From Candidatus Latescibacterota bacterium (GTDB taxonomy: Bacteria > Latescibacterota > UBA2968 > GCA-2709665), in NCBI GenBank assembly GCA_965248435.1, contig OZ252100.1, positions 1,120,001-1,184,000 of the forward strand: 64,000 bases of DNA, read 5' to 3'. The notes under the pieces were generated by a model that was not told the origin of the DNA, made no database searches, and saw only the letters and a list, made by a program, of their open reading frames with translations. The position numbers and the translations under genes are program-made. Below, in pieces: positions 58,218-64,000 of the stretch. Each line of letters opens with the position of its first letter. The first letter of the stretch is position 1.

Positions 58218-60188
58218 TTAAGGATCAAATTTCTTCTTGAAGAATTCTGCTATGGCAAAGAACTTAACTTTAGCTAGACGATCTCCGAGTTGTTTTGCTG
58301 CCTTCTTCTCAACCTTGGTTTTCTCTGCTGGGTCTGGAAAGACAAACCAGGTGAAATCGTGATAAGCTGAAACTTGCTCAAAGCTGAGGTGTGAGATTAC
58401 ATACTCCAGGCAATAAGTTTTCCCATCCAGAACCGCGGTTAAATCCCGCTCAGCTCCTGTAAGGGTATCGTGCCTTTTTGTTTTTGCTCCGCGCTGCTTT
58501 AGCCATCTTTCCATTACTCTAATACCTGCTTCGTGCTCTACTTTCCCTCTACCCATATCTAAATCATAGCCAGCTCCGAAAGCCTCTGCTCGCTTCACGC
58601 CTCTTGGGGTTAGAGCGAGTAGCTTGGGCGAGCCAGGCGCTTTATAGCCGATTTCCGTGATTAGGCCCTTGGCTTTGAGGCCATCCTTGGCTCGGGTGAA
58701 GGTAGGAGCAGAGGAGATTCGTGGTTTACATCTCTCTCGATAAATTCCAACTTGTCGAAAACCTTCCTCAGCAATCTTCGTATGCACATAGGCTTCATTC
58801 TCGGTCAGTTCACCTTCTCTCGATTTTGGTGCTTCTGAAGGAGCTGAGAGTGAGACTTTTTCCTGCATATAGATTACATCTTCATACAGCTCCTCGACGT
58901 TCTCGTTCCTAGCTTCAGCCTCGATGTTGTGGGCAGGTATCTGGATGGGAAACGCCGGTATTGGACCTGTTATCTTGACAATCGCCTGCCCTGTTTCCAA
59001 GGACATCAAGGAGGTGGTATCTGGAGATGAAATTTGCTTTTCGTTGAGAGTCATAACACCCCCAAGAAAATGTCCTTCTGTTCCATCCCCAGGATTAAGC
59101 GCAAACTTCACTCTAGCGTCTGAGCAAACTTCGCTAACTACTTCGCTCGCTCTCTGAGACACTACAACTAAACCTATCTCCGCTTCTCTGATTTGAGATA
59201 CAAGTGTGCTTATGACAGGAGCGGATTCGAGTTTCTTTTCTTTATTCTTGCTGAAAACAGCCGCTTGAGCTTCCTCAACTATGACGAGATTCTGTAGGCT
59301 GTCCAATTTTTTGTTAAAAAGTCGGTATGCAAAAAGCCAGATAAGCAGAATTTCTGTCAGGAAGCTCGCGAACTCCGCAATCATTCCTCGTGTATCTATG
59401 ATAATGTTCTTGTTGAGGAGCTGGGCTTCACAGCCTCGTCTTACTGAGGCATTGGGGAAACCGTGATTCAGGTGTAGAATTCTATTTCGAAGAGTGCTCC
59501 AGTAGCCAAAATCCTTGCTGTATGTTTTAGGGCGGGAGGATTCTATCTGCTGAACCAGCTCCGGCAGCGTGGGGCAAGTCTCAGGCTTTCCATTCCATTT
59601 CTTGTAAAGAGTGCGGAGGTTGTCGAGAAATCCCGTTTTGAAAACCACAAGTCCACCCATACGGTCCGTGAAGCTTTCTGCTATGTAGTTGGCGTAATCT
59701 TCCCAGCTAACTCTAGGCGGAGGGTTAAGTGGGTTGAAGAGAAATTTTCGCCAGTGAATGTGTATGAATTGCCTTCCCCACTTTCCGCCTTTGGGGTCGA
59801 ATCCTGTGACTTTGACATCATCCTGGACTGCTCCTTGGGCTATGATCTTGGCTAAGTGAGTTTTACCCAGTCCGGTGGCTCCGAATATTCCGATGTGCTG
59901 GTTGGCATAGCTTTTCTTGAGATTGAATATCAAGTCCGGTCTGTGAATCAGCGGCGCAATTTCCCAATCTCCTGCAAGCTGCTCCTTTGTAGGGTAGGTG
60001 AAGGGAGAATCCAGAAGGAATTCAAACGGTAAAGATGACTGAAGACTGGTTCTGAGATGAGATGCCAGACCTTCGTCCCAGGAATAGCTCAATGAACGCA
60101 GCACGGCCTGGGTATCGGACCGGTTTACTCTGCCCGCCAGCTTCGCCAAGTTGTAAAGTTCAATCAGAGGGTGGTCTAAGGGGCTCAT
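58218..60188 (-). CDS. HerA/VirB4/FtsK-superfamily ATPase with C-terminal wHTH and nuclease-like domain
   Basis: HIGIFGATGLGKT, FDPKG, LVIVEEAQ, IREAEIGLVVVSQ; LKAKGLI...LALTPRG; EH...RD...CLEY. Confidence 0.8.
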   Translation of the reverse strand: MSPLDHPLIELYNLAKLAGRVNRSDTQAVLRSLSYSWDEGLASHLRTSLQSSLPFEFLLDSPFTYPTKEQLAGDWEIAPLIHRPDLIFNLKKSYANQHIGIFGATGLGKTHLAKIIAQGAVQDDVKVTGFDPKGGKWGRQFIHIHWRKFLFNPLNPPPRVSWEDYANYIAESFTDRMGGLVVFKTGFLDNLRTLYKKWNGKPETCPTLPELVQQIESSRPKTYSKDFGYWSTLRNRILHLNHGFPNASVRRGCEAQLLNKNIIIDTRGMIAEFASFLTEILLIWLFAYRLFNKKLDSLQNLVIVEEAQAAVFSKNKEKKLESAPVISTLVSQIREAEIGLVVVSQRASEVVSEVCSDARVKFALNPGDGTEGHFLGGVMTLNEKQISSPDTTSLMSLETGQAIVKITGPIPAFPIQIPAHNIEAEARNENVEELYEDVIYMQEKVSLSAPSEAPKSREGELTENEAYVHTKIAEEGFRQVGIYRERCKPRISSAPTFTRAKDGLKAKGLITEIGYKAPGSPKLLALTPRGVKRAEAFGAGYDLDMGRGKVEHEAGIRVMERWLKQRGAKTKRHDTLTGAERDLTAVLDGKTYCLEYVISHLSFEQVSAYHDFTWFVFPDPAEKTKVEKKAAKQLGDRLAKVKFFAIAEFFKKKFDP

Positions 60189-60636
60189 TCTTTGGCAATC
60201 CCACGAGGGCCTTTAGAAGATTCAGAACCGCTGAAACAAGACAAGTAACCACTAACAAAACCCTGGCTCTGCGGCCATGAGATTTGCAGTAGAATTCTTC
60301 ACCTATCTGAATGGAGTTATGCGAGGCAACAGGGGATCTACACTTCAGACAGAATTTGAGATGAGTCTCGCATACGCTTGCACCATACTTATCCACCGCC
60401 ACGAAACTTTCAAGGTCTGTCTTGACGCACCCGCACCCAAGCCAAAAGTGGCCTCTGCTATTCACAGTGACGGGAACATCATCGACAATGGCTGTCTCCT
60501 CAGACTCCGTGAATAATTCAGCGGTAGAGCTGCCCACGCGAACTGGTCGTGAGATGGTTTTTTTCGCACCTATGGGTCGGTCCGTGTCTTGCTGAAGAAT
60601 CCCATTCTTAAGTTCAGCCAAAAGTTCATCATCCAT
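60160..60636 (-). CDS. Cys/His-rich (Zn-binding) protein with C-terminal hydrophobic anchor
   Basis: CGC, CETH, CLKC, CKSH; hydrophobic tail; coupled junctions on both sides. Confidence 0.7.
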   Translation of the reverse strand: MDDELLAELKNGILQQDTDRPIGAKKTISRPVRVGSSTAELFTESEETAIVDDVPVTVNSRGHFWLGCGCVKTDLESFVAVDKYGASVCETHLKFCLKCRSPVASHNSIQIGEEFYCKSHGRRARVLLVVTCLVSAVLNLLKALVGLPKNEPLRPPSD

Positions 60637-61001
60637 TAAAGTGCTCCTCTGAAAAATCTTTCTGCATAGTACCCTATAGCGACGCCAAGAAGGACTCCAA
60701 GAACTCGGTTAATTTGGTCTGGTATATTCTCGGTGGCTCTGACCACGAGTTTTCCCAGGAAGAACAGCGCAACACCAAGGATCGAGATTGTGAGCGCTAT
60801 GACAGTGAGATTGGCCTGCTTAACTGTAAGCGAGCTGAACAGGAACGGAGCCAAGACAGGATAAATTTGCATTGGAAATTGTAGAAAGGCGACGAGGCTT
60901 ATGGCGCCAAAGGCCAGAAAAATCCACCCTCCCAAATGGATGGCCACTCCAATCAGAGCCCCTACACCCATAGACAATGCGGTCCATACTTCAAATCCCA
61001 T
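60636..61001 (-). CDS. Small membrane protein (CvpA-like pattern)
   Basis: Mostly hydrophobic; INRVLGVLLG resembles the CvpA motif. Confidence 0.65.
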   Translation of the reverse strand: MGFEVWTALSMGVGALIGVAIHLGGWIFLAFGAISLVAFLQFPMQIYPVLAPFLFSSLTVKQANLTVIALTISILGVALFFLGKLVVRATENIPDQINRVLGVLLGVAIGYYAERFFRGAL

Positions 61002-61002
61002 T

Positions 61003-61755
61003 TTAGTCCTTACTTGGTTTGAAGGGAGGCAGTGTTCTCGGAATGCCGGATTGAGTTGTCAGATCGGTCGCCAGTTTTGAACTAATGGGGTCGAGCATTG
61101 AGAACGAAGCAACACTTGACCAGAAGTGGCTCCAAGAGCTCTTCATCTTAGTCCAATTGGTAGCTGCCCAAGGAATGAACAAGAATTTCACTTCAAGATT
61201 CTGGCTAAATGTGATTAGCTCACGAGGTGCCAAAAACGTTGTCCTGCCATCTCCTGTCGTCTGCAAATCCGAATACAGGAATAGAGATTGGTGCTCGTAG
61301 CTTGAGTTCGCCATCAGAACCGATATGAAGGCGAGAAGGGTATGAAGTTGGGTGGTGCCTCCGGCTCTCTGCACTTGGTTCTGTTCAAGCCAGGCAATAC
61401 ACTCGGCTTTAATTTTCTCTGTCTGCTCCCAGATCTGTAGCAGCAGGTGTTGGCTACGCTTCCACTCGGAAAATGATTCATAGTCTTTTTGCCATAGTTC
61501 TGGGTTAGGACTGGGGCAAATCTTATCGACCTTCACCAGGTCCAGACTGAATGAACCCAGATTCAAAATCGTAATCCTGTCACCCGGTGAGAGCTGGGGC
61601 AGCAGCTCCCGCATCATCAGCTCATCACCAAGCTTGAGATAAACAAGTGAGTAGGACTCTGTGAGATCCCGCACAATGACATAGTGCGTTTGAGCTAGTG
61701 CTATGCGAGGCGTCAGCACGGTTAAGACCGCAAGGGTAAAGATTCGGCATTTCAT
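61003..61755 (-). CDS. Exported protein, degenerate vWA-like
   Basis: Signal peptide (ALA-Q); VIVRDLTES, GGTT, LFLYSDL resemble MIDAS elements. Confidence 0.6.
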   Translation of the reverse strand: MKCRIFTLAVLTVLTPRIALAQTHYVIVRDLTESYSLVYLKLGDELMMRELLPQLSPGDRITILNLGSFSLDLVKVDKICPSPNPELWQKDYESFSEWKRSQHLLLQIWEQTEKIKAECIAWLEQNQVQRAGGTTQLHTLLAFISVLMANSSYEHQSLFLYSDLQTTGDGRTTFLAPRELITFSQNLEVKFLFIPWAATNWTKMKSSWSHFWSSVASFSMLDPISSKLATDLTTQSGIPRTLPPFKPSKD

Positions 61756-62910
61756 CTAATCATCCTTGTGAGAAGGTCTGTTTGAGAACAAGTCCACTAA
61801 GCCTTGGTAACTGCCGTTTGAGAAAGGGTTGGAATTGTCTTTGAATTTCTGTTTTGTCTTCTTTCTCACGAGCTGAATGAGGTCAATGGCGATGCGCTTA
61901 ATCTCCCTGCGTGTGTCGCTCATCCATCTAAGCTGACGCACCACTTTCCGCTGGATTACGCCCAGTCCTTTATTTACGGTTTTGTATTGGTGGGAACGTT
62001 TGATCTTGAGGAGTTTGGCCTCAGCTTGATGGTGTAGTGTCTGGAGGTATTCTCGCTGTTGGCGCTGCGTTTCCACGATTATCCTAGTGTGTTTTAGCTG
62101 GTCCATCTTTTGTTTAATATCCAACTGCACTAAGATTCGCTTCCAGTTCTCGTAGCGGTAAGTTTTAAATCGTCGCGGCAGCTCAGGCAACTTGGCGCAT
62201 ATTGTGATGAACTGGTCTGCTATGTTTTTGAAGAGAAGCGCGATTCTCGCTGATTTGAGAAGCCATACAAGTGCGTAGACCAGATAGAGAGGTGAGAAGA
62301 GAACCAACCAGAGGCGGGCAAGACCGCCACGTCCCAAAAGATGCAGACTCACGTAGCTACAGAAAAACTCTGTTCCAGAAATCATAGCTACCCACATTGC
62401 AGCCGCTATCGCCTGCGTCGAGGCCGTGTCTGATGTGCTGAACGAAAGCTGCTCGTTTGTGGCGTGATAAGTGAGCATAATAATGGTAGAAGTTAGAACG
62501 ATATAGAGGCTACAAGCGATCACTCTGATGTATTGTTTTTCAACAGAATGAAGCGAGAGCGCGAGGAAAAAGCCCAACATCGCGGTTGAGAGGATTATCT
62601 CAGGGCCGAATATTTCAGTAGAGAACAAGTAGGGGATTTGATCTTTAATTAGATTGAAGATGGCTCTGACCGCGCTGATGCTGATGTAAAAGCCGAGCAA
62701 ACCCAGAAGTGCGTTGGCTGGGGATGGTAAGGAGTCCTGCCGAGTCCAGTTGAGGAAAGGCTCTGAGATGTGCTTGAGGCCTCGGAGCAGTGTCTCCAGG
62801 AGGAGTTCCCAGTTCGTGTAGGTGATCTCCACGCAGTTCTTCACATTCCTGGGATAGAAGATGCTGATGAAGACAGCGGCTGTGAAAGTGATGAGTAAGG
62901 CGAAGACCAT
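61756..62910 (-). CDS. Multi-TM protein with basic coiled-coil C-terminus
   Basis: About 6 hydrophobic segments then a Q/K/R-rich helix; RBS aaaggag. Confidence 0.7.
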   Translation of the reverse strand: MVFALLITFTAAVFISIFYPRNVKNCVEITYTNWELLLETLLRGLKHISEPFLNWTRQDSLPSPANALLGLLGFYISISAVRAIFNLIKDQIPYLFSTEIFGPEIILSTAMLGFFLALSLHSVEKQYIRVIACSLYIVLTSTIIMLTYHATNEQLSFSTSDTASTQAIAAAMWVAMISGTEFFCSYVSLHLLGRGGLARLWLVLFSPLYLVYALVWLLKSARIALLFKNIADQFITICAKLPELPRRFKTYRYENWKRILVQLDIKQKMDQLKHTRIIVETQRQQREYLQTLHHQAEAKLLKIKRSHQYKTVNKGLGVIQRKVVRQLRWMSDTRREIKRIAIDLIQLVRKKTKQKFKDNSNPFSNGSYQGLVDLFSNRPSHKDD

Positions 62911-62928
62911 TTGGTTACTCCTTTCTGT

Positions 62929-63330
62929 CTATTCGGGCAAAAGAGTTAGCTGGATTCCCTGTGACCAACACCAAGCCCCAAAGCCAGCGAAGATTGCTAT
63001 TGAAACAACACAGAGCACAAAGATGTAGTCTTCGGCATTTGGAATATTCAGCACTTCCTGTCTGATTTTGTATCGGATGCTTTCCGAAAGACAGGCGAGA
63101 CCTAACAAAATGGTGATAGTGAGATGGAGTGATGCGGTGATGAGCATAATGAGTGGCGGTCCGATTTGATGAAGGCTCCAGGTGATGTTTCTCCACTCCT
63201 CCAGTATTTCCTCAGCCTCTTTCCCAGGAGCAGAATCTACGGCCTTGAAGAAGAGCATCGCGAAGATGAACAAGGCGCTGCTAATTCCGAAGTTTCTTCC
63301 CAGCCATTTAAGCCAGATCATTTTCCACAT
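62929..63330 (-). CDS. Small membrane protein (~3 TM)
   Basis: RBS aaggaaggag before ATG 63330; hydrophobic segments. Confidence 0.65.
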   Translation of the reverse strand: MWKMIWLKWLGRNFGISSALFIFAMLFFKAVDSAPGKEAEEILEEWRNITWSLHQIGPPLIMLITASLHLTITILLGLACLSESIRYKIRQEVLNIPNAEDYIFVLCVVSIAIFAGFGAWCWSQGIQLTLLPE

Positions 63331-63340
63331 CTCCTTCCTT

Positions 63341-63751
63341 TTAATAATTCCGATACTCTCTATACTCCCAGCCGTCGCTGTCGCACGTGCGGCACTCGTA
63401 ACCTTTGTAGTTCCCAGAGCCGCCACACCGCCTACAGCTTATTCTCATCCGCTTGGGGAAACTGGACCTGATCTCGAACGACTCTCTGCTGTTTGGTCCA
63501 GTGTTTACAAGCATGTTCATTCGATCGATCGTGTCCTGTATGTCTTCGTCCTGCCACCCATTTTTCTTCCCGTCGATTTTCCACTGATCGAGGCGAGTAG
63601 CACCCCTGCCTGGATTGGTTTTCTCGTAACACTCTTCGCACAATTCAGCTTTGCAGTAGGGCTCTGGTTCGCCGTGAACTTCCCAAAACTTCCTGTTATC
63701 AACCCAATCCACGATTGCTCCGCACTGGAGACAATTGTATTGGCGCGACAT
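63341..63751 (-). CDS. Zinc-finger protein with DnaJ-like CxxCxGxG motif
   Basis: CLQC, C...CEEC, CRRCGGSG, CRTCDSDG; RBS ggaaggaga. Confidence 0.7.
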   Translation of the reverse strand: MSRQYNCLQCGAIVDWVDNRKFWEVHGEPEPYCKAELCEECYEKTNPGRGATRLDQWKIDGKKNGWQDEDIQDTIDRMNMLVNTGPNSRESFEIRSSFPKRMRISCRRCGGSGNYKGYECRTCDSDGWEYREYRNY

Positions 63752-63808
63752 TTTGATTTCTCCTTCCTGAGCCAACCACCGCGTGGTATATTTTGGGGCC
63801 GGAATGTG

Positions 63809-64000
63809 TCACGCCCTTTCTTGGTTGATGTAGAATCTTCTGTAGTATTCGAGAACCAGCTTATGGCATTTCTCCCCATCGGAGAATCTGGCATCGAAAA
63901 AGTCTCGAAGTCTGCATCGAAGGGAATCTATCTCCTCCGCTTCCGGCTCGGACTCTGCATCGAGGTATAAGCTGGTGAAGTGAATCAGAACAGCGGTGCG
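63809..64000 (-). CDS. 3' part of a hypothetical gene truncated by the window edge
   Basis: Open frame from 64000 to TGA at 63809 (...HKLVLEYYRRFYINQERA*), co-oriented with the operon. Confidence 0.5.
   Translation of the reverse strand, partial: RTAVLIHFTSLYLDAESEPEAEEIDSLRCRLRDFFDARFSDGEKCHKLVLEYYRRFYINQERA

Larger units (their letters stand above)
54403..64000. mobile_element. Integrative element at tRNA-Ala 3' end (right boundary outside window)
   Basis: Abrupt GC drop after the tRNA; tyrosine integrase plus excisionase; unfamiliar gene set. Confidence 0.88.

Noticed and set aside
54403-64000. Tailed prophage
   Set aside because: No structural, packaging or lysis genes are visible in the window.

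Overview
Bacterial chromosomal window of roughly 58-60% GC by eye. The gene content (dockerin/EF-hand-tailed NHL protein, FlgD-like tail, McsAB-ClpC next to BamA, DGGGP-synthase-like UbiA) suggests an FCB-group organism such as Ca. Latescibacterota; this assignment is an inference. The window has three zones. (1) 1-12.95 kb is accessory DNA downstream of a minus-strand tRNA-Glu. It is cut into tandem cassettes by three partial copies of the tRNA 3' end (880, 6353, 11156). Each copy is preceded by a related hairpin and followed by a short peptide tail reaching an Ala-Ala (a true C-terminus in two of three), and no recombinase is present. Cargo: MBL hydrolase, S9 peptidase, GH127-like enzyme, large NHL-repeat protein, BNR/sialidase-like protein and two pseudogenes. 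(2) 12.95-54.4 kb is core genome: tRNA-Glu, tRNA-Val, rnhA-rnpB-pyrF, three tandem GT-C+TPR glycosyltransferase paralogues, the tsaD...ftsK-lolA-prfB-lysS-lolD-mcsA-mcsB-clpC-bamA-skp-fabZ block with an IS30, a symporter, XPB, UbiA, HU/IHF, ligA and tRNA-Ala. Many intergenic heptamer-period repeats occur here. (3) From 54.4 kb to the end is an AT-richer integrative element at tRNA-Ala. It carries a convergent membrane protein/MBL nuclease pair, integrase, excisionase and a tightly coupled operon of membrane, Zn-finger and vWA-like genes ending in a HerA/VirB4-like ATPase with a probable wHTH-nuclease tail. No CRISPR array or rRNA was seen. All calls come from reading the sequence; no searches were run.
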